Assembly (NCBI GenBank): GCA_026004595.1
Contig: BPJL01000001.1
Coordinates: 90,486-154,485, forward strand
Reading direction: 5' to 3'
Length of the DNA stretch: 64,000 nucleotides
Source: Patescibacteria group bacterium
GTDB taxonomy: Bacteria > Patescibacteriota > WWE3 > UBA101185 > UBA10185
The notes beneath the pieces are model-generated. The model saw only the letters and a program-made list of their open reading frames with translations. It searched no databases and had not been told where the DNA came from. Position 1 is the first letter of the stretch. Every line of letters starts with the position of its first letter. A program made the translations under genes and the position numbers. This document shows positions 39,754 to 48,973 of the stretch, piece after piece.

Positions 39754-41862
39754 ATGGCGTTAAATCTTTTTACAATGTTTTCAAATCAACCGAAACCTAA
39801 GAAGCAGGATAAGCAACCGAAGCCCGGAGAAAAGACACCGGCGGAGGTGCTGGCGGAAGGAATGCTGAATGTCAGGGACATTATCGCACCCTCCGCTATA
39901 GAAATTGACTTTAACCATATAAGAATCGGAAATGTGTATTTCAGGACGCTGTTCGTTTCAGGATATCCAAGATTTGTCGGCGCAAACTGGTTGTCTCCGA
40001 TTATCAATTTTGAACATACACTGGATGTTTCTATGTTTTATTATCCTGTGAAATCTAAGGTAATTCTTGATGATTTAAGGAGAAAAATCACCGAGCTTGA
40101 AGCGACAACCATGACCAATATTGAGAAGGGAAAGATTGTTGATCCTGTTGTAGCCGCGGCGTTGGAAGATGCCAAAGCTCTTCAAGAACAACTGGTTAAG
40201 GGAGTTGAAAAATATTTTCAATTCTCTTTTTACATAACCATATCCGCCGAAACTGAGGAAGAGCTTGAGTCCATTTCTTCCAAGCTGGAAAGTACGCTTG
40301 GCGCCCTGCTTCTTATATCCAAGGTAGCTTCCCTTCAGATGGAAGAGGCTTTTCAGTCCTCAATACCTACGGGTATGGATAAACTGTTGGTTACGAGAAA
40401 TATGGACACGACAAGTTTGGCCACAACATTTCCGTTTACCTCGTCTGATCTGACTATGGAGGAGGGAATAATGTATGGGATCAACAGGCACAATGGTTCA
40501 TTGGTCATATTCGATAGGTTCTCTCTAGAAAATGCAAACTCGGTTGTTTTCGCAAAATCAGGCTCAGGAAAATCATATTTTGTTAAGCTTGAGGCACTCA
40601 GGCTTTTGGTATTTGGCGCAGAGGTGATGATTATAGATCCGGAGGAGGAATACAAAACTTTGTGCGAGGCTGTAGGGGGTAATTATATCGATTTTTCTGC
40701 CAACTCACCGCATAAGATAAATCCTTTTGATCTTTCGGGCGTTGCAGTGGAGGGAGAAAACGAGCTAGGACAGAAGCTCATTGGCCTTATAACACTGTTG
40801 AAGCTTATGCTTGGTGGGTTGACAGCAGCCGAAGAAGCCATTCTCGATCGCGCCCTCATTGAAACGTACAGAATTAAAGGGATTACCACCGACCCTGATA
40901 CCCAATCCGGCATAGAGCCTCCTGTCATGGAGGATTTATACAAGGTGTTGTTGGGGGCTTCTGAACCTGAAGCAAAGGGAATGGCCGAAAGACTTGAGAG
41001 ATTTATCAAGGGCTCTATGACGGGAATCTTTGATTCCCAATCCAATATTAACTTGGACAGCAAGATGACGGTTTTCTCGACGAAACACTTAGAGGAGGCT
41101 CTAAGGCCTATCGCCTTTTATTTAATACTTGATTTTGTTTGGACTAGAATAAGAAAGGATTTGAGAAAGAGGATATTAATTGTTGAAGAGGCTTGGTATT
41201 TGATGCAAAACGAAGATAGTGCAAGATTTATTTACGGAATTGCGAAACGAGCTAGAAAATATTATCTAGGTCTTACAACGATATCGCAGGATGTTGACGA
41301 TTTCTTGTCGTCTGAATACGGAAAGGCGATTGTTACGAACTCATCAATACAAATATTGTTGAAACAACACCCGGCGGGCATAGATAAAGTTGCCGAAACC
41401 TTCTATCTCTCCGAAGGAGAAAAGAGGCTGTTGTTGGCGGCTGCTGTAGGAGAAGGGCTGTTTTTTGCAGGTTCGAATCATGTGGCGATAAAGATAATGG
41501 CGTCAGAGGCTGAACATAAGCTTATAACCACGAACCCCGAAGAGTTGCTTAGGTTGCGTGAGCAGGGATTGATAAAAACGCCGGGGAAAGACAAACCCAA
41601 ACCACCTGAAATTCCATCTACACAAAAACCATCTCCTTTGGTAGAAACCCCGTCTGTTTATAGTACACCCACAATTACGGATACAACCGCATCACTGAAA
41701 GAGCCGGAGAAAAAAGAGGACGAGAAGGGCTTTTCCGAAGTTCAATCGAAAGAACCCACAAGTGAAGATATACTCAGATCTGTCGAGTCAATGTCAAAAG
41801 GGCCGGGAACCATAGATCTTAACCAAGAAAGTTCACTCCAGCAACCCGCTCCCGCAGAATAA
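39754..41862 (+). CDS. T4SS ATPase VirB4/TraC/TrbE family (CagE_TrbE_VirB)
   Basis: N-region IAPSAIEIDFNHIRIGNVYFRTLFVSGYPRFVGANWLSPII. Walker A FAKSGSGKS. Walker B ILIVEEAW. C-terminal Pro/Thr-rich tail. The ATG at 39754 is preferred over the TTG at 39742. Confidence 0.8.
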   Translation: MALNLFTMFSNQPKPKKQDKQPKPGEKTPAEVLAEGMLNVRDIIAPSAIEIDFNHIRIGNVYFRTLFVSGYPRFVGANWLSPIINFEHTLDVSMFYYPVKSKVILDDLRRKITELEATTMTNIEKGKIVDPVVAAALEDAKALQEQLVKGVEKYFQFSFYITISAETEEELESISSKLESTLGALLLISKVASLQMEEAFQSSIPTGMDKLLVTRNMDTTSLATTFPFTSSDLTMEEGIMYGINRHNGSLVIFDRFSLENANSVVFAKSGSGKSYFVKLEALRLLVFGAEVMIIDPEEEYKTLCEAVGGNYIDFSANSPHKINPFDLSGVAVEGENELGQKLIGLITLLKLMLGGLTAAEEAILDRALIETYRIKGITTDPDTQSGIEPPVMEDLYKVLLGASEPEAKGMAERLERFIKGSMTGIFDSQSNINLDSKMTVFSTKHLEEALRPIAFYLILDFVWTRIRKDLRKRILIVEEAWYLMQNEDSARFIYGIAKRARKYYLGLTTISQDVDDFLSSEYGKAIVTNSSIQILLKQHPAGIDKVAETFYLSEGEKRLLLAAAVGEGLFFAGSNHVAIKIMASEAEHKLITTNPEELLRLREQGLIKTPGKDKPKPPEIPSTQKPSPLVETPSVYSTPTITDTTASLKEPEKKEDEKGFSEVQSKEPTSEDILRSVESMSKGPGTIDLNQESSLQQPAPAE

Positions 41863-41865
41863 ACT

Positions 41866-42978
41866 TTACAGTTGTATTGGCATGATAATATGCAGAAAGT
41901 CTTCTTCGTTTTCGGTTTTGAATATGCAGGCAGAGTTATTTGAGTTTGCCTCAATTATTATTTTCTCGCCCCGTACGTTGTTTAGAAAATCCAAAAGGTA
42001 TTTTGAGCTAAAAGCTATTTCCAACATATCTCCGTCTACTTCTGCGGAAATTTCGCTTTCATGAGTTCCCACCTCGTTGTTTAGAGAAGAAATTTTTATA
42101 ACACCTTCAGGATCAATTCGTATTTTGAGTGTGTTGCTGGAGCCCTCTTTTACGAATACTGTAGTCAGTCTTACCGCGTCTAGAAAATCGGAAGATGAGA
42201 AAGAGGCTTTTACGGCAGCTGTTGTCGGTATTATTTTTTTATAATCGGGATACTGCCCATCGATTATTCTGGTGGCGATGGTGGTGTCTTCAGCCGAGAA
42301 AAGGGCGAGGTTCTCATCTTCGCTTAAAGTCATTTTTACCGGGCTCTCGGAAGAAGCGAAAATTTTGCTCACCTCCGCAAGAGTTTTTGATGGGATCAGG
42401 GCAGTGAATTTTTTGGCTTTTGAAGACCCCGTCTTAATGGTTCTCTCAGATAGCCTGAAGCCATCAGTTGAGGCGAGTGTCATTTTACCGTTGTCGTAGG
42501 CGATATAGACACCTGTAAATATGGGTCTGCTTTCGTCTAGTGACGATGCGAAGCATACCAAAGATACTGCGGTGGCGAATATTTTTGGGTCGAGTTCGAG
42601 TGAGGTTCCCTTTACAGGCATAGTTGGAAGTTCGGGGAAATCCTTGGCGTCCGTACCGTTTATCTTTGACTTTGTTTTTTCGGATTTGATATTGAGAATA
42701 TCGTTGTCTAAATTCACTTCGATGGTTGAGGGTGGAAGGTTTGCAACTAATTCTTTCAATATCTTGGCCGGGATGGTTATGGTTCCTTCCTTTTCTACGG
42801 AGGCGTTTACGTATGTAGTAATGGCAGTTTCCAGATTGGTAGCCGCCAGTTTTATCCTCCCATTTTCGGTTGATAAAAGCACATTTGAGAGTATAGGGAG
42901 AGATCCTTTGGCTGGTACAGCTCTGGTAGTAATTTGTAGCCCCCTATTTAAGTTTTCCTGTAGGCAAGAAAATTTCAT
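41866..42978 (-). CDS. dnaN: DNA polymerase III beta sliding clamp
   Basis: Three-domain beta-clamp pattern. N-terminus MKFSCLQENLNRGLQITTRAV...LPILSNVLL. Confidence 0.9.
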   Translation of the reverse strand: MKFSCLQENLNRGLQITTRAVPAKGSLPILSNVLLSTENGRIKLAATNLETAITTYVNASVEKEGTITIPAKILKELVANLPPSTIEVNLDNDILNIKSEKTKSKINGTDAKDFPELPTMPVKGTSLELDPKIFATAVSLVCFASSLDESRPIFTGVYIAYDNGKMTLASTDGFRLSERTIKTGSSKAKKFTALIPSKTLAEVSKIFASSESPVKMTLSEDENLALFSAEDTTIATRIIDGQYPDYKKIIPTTAAVKASFSSSDFLDAVRLTTVFVKEGSSNTLKIRIDPEGVIKISSLNNEVGTHESEISAEVDGDMLEIAFSSKYLLDFLNNVRGEKIIIEANSNNSACIFKTENEEDFLHIIMPIQL

Positions 42979-43430
42979 TGTCTTTTGAGTTTTAAAGTAA
43001 CCCGCCTATCCCGTCCTTCTCCAATACTTTCTGAGATTATATCGTCATATTCTGAAACGAACATATGTATTTGTCTTCTTTCCCAAGGATCCATCGGAGG
43101 CAGTTCAACATCTTTTTGAAAAAAACGAACTCTATCTATGTAGCTCCTGGCCATGTTTTGAATCTTTTCAGTTCTTTGGTCTCTGTAGCCGTTTATGTCG
43201 ATGATTACTGTGACTTGTTCTCCAGTCTGTCTTAAAACCGTCAAATGCAAAATGCTTTGAAGCGCGTCAAGTGATTGTCCTCTGTGCCCTATCAAAAAAT
43301 TTAGGTTGTTGCCTTTTATAACAACTTCGTAAACCTTATCTCCCTTGTCGTTGATTTCGTAAACCGGCTCTATTTTCATAAAGCCGAAGATGTTTTCTAA
43401 TGTGTTTTGAATTATATCCTGAGGTTTCAT
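42975..43430 (-). CDS. jag: Jag/KhpB RNA-binding protein (KH + R3H domains)
   Basis: KH-like segment and R3H motif (IGHRGQSLDALQSIL). Located downstream of yidC as in the conserved rnpA-yidC-jag cluster. Confidence 0.75.
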   Translation of the reverse strand: MKPQDIIQNTLENIFGFMKIEPVYEINDKGDKVYEVVIKGNNLNFLIGHRGQSLDALQSILHLTVLRQTGEQVTVIIDINGYRDQRTEKIQNMARSYIDRVRFFQKDVELPPMDPWERRQIHMFVSEYDDIISESIGEGRDRRVTLKLKRQ

Positions 43431-43456
43431 TTTTGCTGCTCTCTTTCGTAGAAATT

Positions 43457-44242
43457 CTATCTTTTCGTTTTCGCAAAACCCAGTTTTTTAACCCAGGGTT
43501 CTAGCCCTCCCCACCCTGTGAAAAAGTACGTTTGCACTATTTGGAACAAGGTTGAAACAGCTATGTATATCATAACACCTGAAGGCAAGGTTAGGCCGAA
43601 AAAGAAAAACATAAGCGGCATGATATACAGATTTTGTTTTTGCATAGACTGTATAATGTCGTCAGTTTTCCCAGGTGTTTTCTTGACTGCTTTTTCACTT
43701 ATCTTGGAGTAGGGCATCATCATTTTTGTAGCCAAAAATTGCAATATTACCGATAGGATCACGATTATTAAATATGGGTCAGGTTTGGCCAGATCTAGGT
43801 ATAAAAATCGGGTATTAATGGTTTCTTGTGAATCAATGCGAAAGTTTTGGAAATATATGCGGTTGTTAAGGTCATCTATTCCGGAACCGTTAGTCATTAT
43901 AATTACCGATTTGTAAACCGCGATCATAAACACAATAGTGATTATTGTTGTAAGGCATCCCGAAGCGGGGTTTATTCCGTGCTTTCTCATAAGTTCCATT
44001 TGCATTTGTGCCATTTTCTTTTGATCATGTTTGTATTTTTCTTTTATTTTCTCTATTTCGGGTTGTACGTCACGCTGTTTTTTGCTCATTTTTATAGAAG
44101 GCAGGGTAACAGGTATCATGACCGCTTTTACTATGATTGTGAATAGAATTATGGCCAGGCCAAGGTTGCCTATAAATGCGTATATGATAACCAAAACGTT
44201 AAATATTGGATTAAGTATTGCCGCATCCCAAATTGCCGTCAT
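43457..44242 (-). CDS. yidC: Membrane protein insertase YidC (short Gram-positive/Oxa1-like form)
   Basis: Five-TM core with conserved YidC segments (QPEIEKIKEKYK...MQMELMRKHGINP). Confidence 0.85.
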   Translation of the reverse strand: MTAIWDAAILNPIFNVLVIIYAFIGNLGLAIILFTIIVKAVMIPVTLPSIKMSKKQRDVQPEIEKIKEKYKHDQKKMAQMQMELMRKHGINPASGCLTTIITIVFMIAVYKSVIIMTNGSGIDDLNNRIYFQNFRIDSQETINTRFLYLDLAKPDPYLIIVILSVILQFLATKMMMPYSKISEKAVKKTPGKTDDIIQSMQKQNLYIMPLMFFFFGLTLPSGVMIYIAVSTLFQIVQTYFFTGWGGLEPWVKKLGFAKTKR

Positions 44243-44248
44243 AAGTAT

Positions 44249-44464
44249 TTATTTTACAGGATCGTAACCTCCTTTTGAAAACGGATTACATCTTACCAGT
44301 CTTTTGATTCCCATGATAGTGCCTTTTACCGCGCCATATTTTTCTACAGCCTCATATGTATAATCTGAACAGCTGGGGGTAAAACGGCAAGTATTTATTC
44401 CGAAGTTACCTGGGCTGAGAAACCTTTTGTAGATTTTTATTAAAATCAGTATAAATCTCCTCAT
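44249..44464 (-). CDS. yidD: Membrane protein insertion efficiency factor YidD
   Basis: Signature [36 protein letters not shown]...RCNPF. Confidence 0.8.
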   Translation of the reverse strand: MRRFILILIKIYKRFLSPGNFGINTCRFTPSCSDYTYEAVEKYGAVKGTIMGIKRLVRCNPFSKGGYDPVK

Positions 44465-44753
44465 AAGTTTTATCCGATACTGAAAATTTTGGATAAACAG
44501 AAATCCAGCAGTTTTGGGGAATGAAGTTTAGGTTTTTCCTAATAGCTTCCCTAAACAGGCGTTTTACTTTGTTTCTTGCAGTAGCCTTTTTACTAAACTT
44601 GTTTGAAACCACCACACCCGCTTTTGTCGGCCCCATGTAGTTATCTGGTTTCAATACATAAGCAAAGAAAGTATCCCCCTCTATTTTCTGTCCATATTTT
44701 TTGGTTATCTTGTACTCAAAAGGTGTGGAAATACGGTTCTCTTTTTTCAGCAT
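44406..44753 (-). CDS. rnpA: RNase P protein component
   Basis: RnpA RNR-like motif region ([18 protein letters not shown]). Lies between rpmH and yidD. Confidence 0.8.
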   Translation of the reverse strand: MLKKENRISTPFEYKITKKYGQKIEGDTFFAYVLKPDNYMGPTKAGVVVSNKFSKKATARNKVKRLFREAIRKNLNFIPQNCWISVYPKFSVSDKTYEEIYTDFNKNLQKVSQPR

Positions 44754-44758
44754 GAAAT

Positions 44759-44917
44759 TTACTTGCCTTTATATGAAACCGCAAGTCTCTTTCTTCCTCT
44801 GAGCCTTCTTCTTTTTAGCACGTTAATTCCGTTTTTTGTTGCGGTTCTGTTCCTGAAACCGTGTTTGCGGACCCTTTTAACTTTTTTTGGTTGCCATGTT
44901 CTTTTTGTTTTTGGCAT
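44759..44917 (-). CDS. rpmH: 50S ribosomal protein L34
   Basis: [47 protein letters not shown] is canonical L34. Start placed at the internal ATG (44915-44917). Confidence 0.85.
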   Translation of the reverse strand: MPKTKRTWQPKKVKRVRKHGFRNRTATKNGINVLKRRRLRGRKRLAVSYKGK

Positions 44918-45012
44918 AACATTTACCTCGACAGGGATTATATCGGTTTTTGGGCGTGTTTTCAAGAAGTTTGGGAATTGGCAATTATGTTAATTTTTTG
45001 TATATTCAACCA

Positions 45013-45363
45013 ATGAACGAAATAAAACCCGAAATTATGTATGAAGATTTTGCTAAGTTAGATATTCGCGCGGGAACAGTAGTGTCAGCCGAGAGAGTAG
45101 AGGGGTCAGAAAAGCTCATTAAGCTCCTTGTGGATTTTGGTCCTCATCTAGGTCAGAAACAGATTCTGACAGGGCTTCTTAAGTGGTACGAACCCAAGGA
45201 ATTTGTTGGGTTCCAGACAATATTTATCCTCAATCTTCCTCCCCGAAAAATGATGGGATTGACCTCGGAAGGCATGATTTTGGCGCTCGGACTTTCCGAT
45301 GACCAAAAACCGACCCTGTTAAAACCCAAAAGGAAAGTTAAAAACGGAGAAGGTGTTCGTTAG
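45013..45363 (+). CDS. tRNA-binding domain protein (CsaA/Trbp111/EMAPII-like OB fold)
   Basis: LDIRAGTVVSAERVEGSEKLIKLLVDFG...ILTGLLKWY matches the Myf/tRNA_bind domain. Confidence 0.6.
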   Translation: MNEIKPEIMYEDFAKLDIRAGTVVSAERVEGSEKLIKLLVDFGPHLGQKQILTGLLKWYEPKEFVGFQTIFILNLPPRKMMGLTSEGMILALGLSDDQKPTLLKPKRKVKNGEGVR

Positions 45364-46571
45364 TGAAATCCAAGACATATTACATAAAAACTTATGGCTG
45401 TCAGGCGAATACTGCGGATTCGGGCACAATAGCTGGAATTCTTGAAGCAGTTGGTTTTGAGCCGCTCGCTATTCCCAAATTCAAGACTGAAAAAGAGGAA
45501 CTTCAATATGTAATGAAAAACACCGACCTTTTTATTATAAATTCCTGCTCTGTCCGCCAGAAAAGCGAAGACAAGGTTTACGGCATAGGCAAGGTGGTAA
45601 AGGAAGCTGAAGAGATCTACAACCAAAAGCCTTTCATAGTTCTCGCGGGATGCATGGTTGGGAGCGTGACCGGAGAAAGACAAAGATACGAATTTTCTCA
45701 GTTAAAAAGAAAAACCCCTTGGGTAGATTTGTACATGAACCCGCTTCAAGTAAGCGAATTGCCATTATTGTTGAAAAGAGAAGGAATCTTAGGCGACTGG
45801 GCAAAAAATAGAATAAAAAATATTGTTGGTGGAGTAAAAGATACGAGCACTCACGCTTTTGTAAATATTTCCCAGGGTTGTGATAATTTCTGTTCTTTTT
45901 GCGTTGTTCCTTACGCGCGGGGGAGGGAAGTGTCGCGCCCTAAAGAGGATATATTTAGGGATGTTCGTCGATTGGTAAAAAAAGGAGCCACAGAAATAAC
46001 TCTTTGCGGCCAAAATGTAAATTCTTGGGGGCTGTCGGTCAAAGAAAAGTTTCACCTTCGTGCGGGAAGCGATCATAAATTGCCTTTTGCCTCGTTATTA
46101 CGGGAAATTCATGACATTCCAGAAATTAAAAAAATCAGTTTTGTATCGTCAAATCCCTTTGATTTCACTAAGGACCTGATAGAGACGTTAAAACTGCCTA
46201 AAATAGATAATTACGTACATATAGCCGTGCAGTCAGGAAATAACGACGTTCTCCAAAGGATGAACCGCCGCCACACCGTTGAGGATTTTACCGATCTAAT
46301 AAATCAAATTAAAAAAGTTAAAAAAAATATTGAAATCGGAACAGATTTGATTGTGGGCTTTCCGGGTGAAACGCGTGAACAATTTATGGACACGGTTCAG
46401 CTTGTAAAAAAGGTAAAATTTTCAGTTTGTTACATAGCTATGTACTCACCTAGAAAAGGAACTTACGCTGAAAAGACATTTGATGACGATGTCCCTCAAA
46501 AAGAAAAGAAATATCGTCATGATCTTCTTACAAAAGTGTGGCTTGCCACAAAAAGGAAGCAACCCCTATGA
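45363..46571 (+). CDS. miaB: MiaB-like tRNA methylthiotransferase (MTTase N-domain + radical SAM; no TRAM domain)
   Basis: N-terminal Cys triad (YGCQAN, NSC, AGC). Radical-SAM CDNFCSFC. Adjacent to miaA. Confidence 0.7.
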   Translation: MKSKTYYIKTYGCQANTADSGTIAGILEAVGFEPLAIPKFKTEKEELQYVMKNTDLFIINSCSVRQKSEDKVYGIGKVVKEAEEIYNQKPFIVLAGCMVGSVTGERQRYEFSQLKRKTPWVDLYMNPLQVSELPLLLKREGILGDWAKNRIKNIVGGVKDTSTHAFVNISQGCDNFCSFCVVPYARGREVSRPKEDIFRDVRRLVKKGATEITLCGQNVNSWGLSVKEKFHLRAGSDHKLPFASLLREIHDIPEIKKISFVSSNPFDFTKDLIETLKLPKIDNYVHIAVQSGNNDVLQRMNRRHTVEDFTDLINQIKKVKKNIEIGTDLIVGFPGETREQFMDTVQLVKKVKFSVCYIAMYSPRKGTYAEKTFDDDVPQKEKKYRHDLLTKVWLATKRKQPL

Positions 46572-47500
46572 AAGTTTTTGCAATTGTGGGACCAACATCA
46601 ACCGGCAAAACTTCTCTATCCTTAGATCTTTGCAGAAGGTTAAACGGAGAAATTATCTCTGCCGATTCCCGGCAGGTCTATAAGCATATGGATGTGGGGA
46701 CGGGGAAAATTCCTTTAGATACGAAGACGAAAATTGAAAAAGGAAAAGGTTTTTGGGACTTTGCGGGTGTTCGGGTTTGGGGATACGATCTAGTGTCCCC
46801 CGATCAGTATTTTTCTTCATACGATTTTGCCAAATATGCGCTGGAGAAGTTGACCGAAGTTTTGGGCAGGGGCAAAAACGTATTTATTGTTGGAGGCACT
46901 GGATTCTACGTAGATGCGGTAACTGGAAGAATTGATTTGAATAGCAACGTAAAACCCGATTTTGAGCTCCGTTCCCGCCTAGAAAAAATGACTTTGGAGG
47001 AATTGTGGGCTCTTTTGACGTCGTTAAACCTAAAGGTTTATGAAAAGATAGATAAAAATAATCCAGTCAGACTGATTCGAGCTATTGAGAAGGAAAAGGC
47101 CGGGGAAAACCGTGCCACTCCCCTACCCCGCCCCGATGCAGAATTTATTTACATAGGTCTCACCGGCTCCCGTGATCTTTTGTATTCACGGGCGGACAGA
47201 TGGGCGGAGTTAGTGTGGCGAAAAGGATTAATTCCAGAAACCGAAAAACTTTTGGCAATGAATTTCGGCTCCTATCCTCCCCTGCGCGGACTTGTCTATA
47301 AAAGTGCGGTGTCCTTCATAAAAAAAGAAATTGGCGAGGCCGAAGCAGTGCAAAAAATAAAATTCGACCTGCACGCTTATATCAGAAGACAACAAACTTG
47401 GTTCAAAAAAAATAAAGATATCAAGTGGTTTGATATTACCAGCGATTCTTACATAGAAAATGTGTATAATTTTGTAAAGGAGAAAATTAAAAATGGATAA
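46568..47500 (+). CDS. miaA: tRNA dimethylallyltransferase
   Basis: P-loop IVGPTSTGKTSLS. MiaA/IPT core (ISADSRQVYKHMDVGTGK). Confidence 0.85.
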   Translation: MKVFAIVGPTSTGKTSLSLDLCRRLNGEIISADSRQVYKHMDVGTGKIPLDTKTKIEKGKGFWDFAGVRVWGYDLVSPDQYFSSYDFAKYALEKLTEVLGRGKNVFIVGGTGFYVDAVTGRIDLNSNVKPDFELRSRLEKMTLEELWALLTSLNLKVYEKIDKNNPVRLIRAIEKEKAGENRATPLPRPDAEFIYIGLTGSRDLLYSRADRWAELVWRKGLIPETEKLLAMNFGSYPPLRGLVYKSAVSFIKKEIGEAEAVQKIKFDLHAYIRRQQTWFKKNKDIKWFDITSDSYIENVYNFVKEKIKNG

Positions 47501-48482
47501 ACAGGTTGTGATTTCTTTTAAGACGATTTTACTCACCTTTGCTGTTGCGCTCGCTGGTTATGTGATTTACCGCTTAGGGTCTGTGATAGGAATATTGGCT
47601 ATTGCTACTCTTTTGGCCATTTCTTTAGAGTCAGCTGTAAATTATTTCATGAATCTAACCGTATTTAACAAGCCTTTGAAGAGAAGTGCGGCTGTATTAA
47701 TTTCTTATGGGCTGCTGCTTTTTGTAATGATAATTGTTGGAACGATTGGAGTTCCTCCCGTCATAAATCAATTCCAAAAAATGATTGTCGGAATTTCGCA
47801 GATAGGTCATGAGCTTAATTTGGGAGAGGATTTTAACCTTCAAATTAGCGATTTTCTTCCGCAGGCTGCAAATGTATCCTCACAGGTACTTTCAGTTACA
47901 ATTTCACTTTTTTCTAACGTGGCTGCCATATTTAGCGTCTTCGTGCTATCTATTTATATGTCTTTGGACTGGAAGAATATTAAGAAGCGCTTCATTTCGT
48001 TGTTTCCCGAGCATTTAGAAGATGAGGTTGAGGATACCTTAAGTGAAGTTGAGAAAAATGTTGGGCACTGGGTGAAGGGGCAGTTGATATTAATGATAGT
48101 TGTCGGCCTTGCCTCTTTTCTCGGGCTTTTATTATTGGATGTAAAGTATCCGCTCGCTTTGGGGATGATCGCCGGTTTGTTGGAGATAGTTCCGATGATA
48201 GGCCCTGTTCTGTCGGCGGTTATCGCGGCGATAATCGGTTTTGCTGATGCGCCGATAAAGGGTGTGGGGGTTGTTGCTCTTTTCATAATTATTCAGCAGC
48301 TTGAGAACAACCTACTTGTCCCGAAAATTATGCAGAAGGTTTCAGGCTTTAGCCCGATAATAATTTTGTTGGCTTTGCTTATTGGATCGGAATTTTTTGG
48401 AATAATGGGAGCTATAGTAGCAGTTCCTTCAACAATGATAATTTCAATAATTTTGAAAAGGACGCTTGGTCGTACAGTTTGA
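47493..48482 (+). CDS. AI-2E family transporter (PerM/UPF0118)
   Basis: Eight-TM protein with conserved LLEIVPMIGPVLSAVIAAIIGF segment. Confidence 0.8.
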   Translation: MDKQVVISFKTILLTFAVALAGYVIYRLGSVIGILAIATLLAISLESAVNYFMNLTVFNKPLKRSAAVLISYGLLLFVMIIVGTIGVPPVINQFQKMIVGISQIGHELNLGEDFNLQISDFLPQAANVSSQVLSVTISLFSNVAAIFSVFVLSIYMSLDWKNIKKRFISLFPEHLEDEVEDTLSEVEKNVGHWVKGQLILMIVVGLASFLGLLLLDVKYPLALGMIAGLLEIVPMIGPVLSAVIAAIIGFADAPIKGVGVVALFIIIQQLENNLLVPKIMQKVSGFSPIIILLALLIGSEFFGIMGAIVAVPSTMIISIILKRTLGRTV

Positions 48483-48487
48483 GTTTT

Positions 48488-48823
48488 ACACGGGAAGCGA
48501 GTAAGCCAGATTCTGTTCGCCCGCAAAGCGGGTTGCGAATCATCTATCTACGCCCCATCTTCGTGCCTCGTCGAGCAGACTGGTAGCGGCACATTCGTGG
48601 GTTGCTGAGGGGTGGGATTGCCCGTTTCACCCTGTTTCATGGCAAGAAGCTTTAGAAACAGGCTCGTCTCTGTTGCTCTCGGAGCGCGTGCTCGCCCTCC
48701 GTTCCTTCGCCCTTTCGGGCTGGGACACCAGAACTTACGTTTCGGAGATTGCCCTCCGTCCCCCTGCTCTACACAGTCTGGACTTTCCTGACCAGAAGGC
48801 CCGATCCGCCTGCTTCCCGTGTC
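48488..48823 (-). ncRNA. rnpB: RNase P RNA (bacterial type A)
   Basis: Reverse strand carries P4 AGGAAAGTCC, ACAGGGTGAAACGGG, GAGCAACAGAGA and ACAGAATCTGGCTTA. P1 pairing CGGGAAGC/GCTTCCCG. A GC-rich island in AT-rich surroundings. Confidence 0.8.
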
Positions 48824-48973
48824 CGTATTTTACCACCTTTAAAAACTAAAAGATGGTTCCATCTTCTGCAAATAAGCGGCCTTGTGTACTGGATGAAAAG
48901 TGATCCGAAAAGACAAATTTTATGTATTCAGGGCGGTTGTCGATAAGCAACAAGCATGTGATATTATTACTCC

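Noticed and set aside
39740-39756. Possible sequencing frameshift splitting VirB4
   Set aside because: The junction has a clean TAA stop, a new ATG and its own GAGGAG SD. It is not an indel-prone homopolymer. A genuine two-gene arrangement is favoured, though it is not proven without reads.
44918-45012. oriC or DnaA-box cluster upstream of rpmH
   Set aside because: No TTATCCACA-like 9-mers or AT-rich DUE with repeats were seen in this 95-bp spacer. The origin is probably elsewhere.
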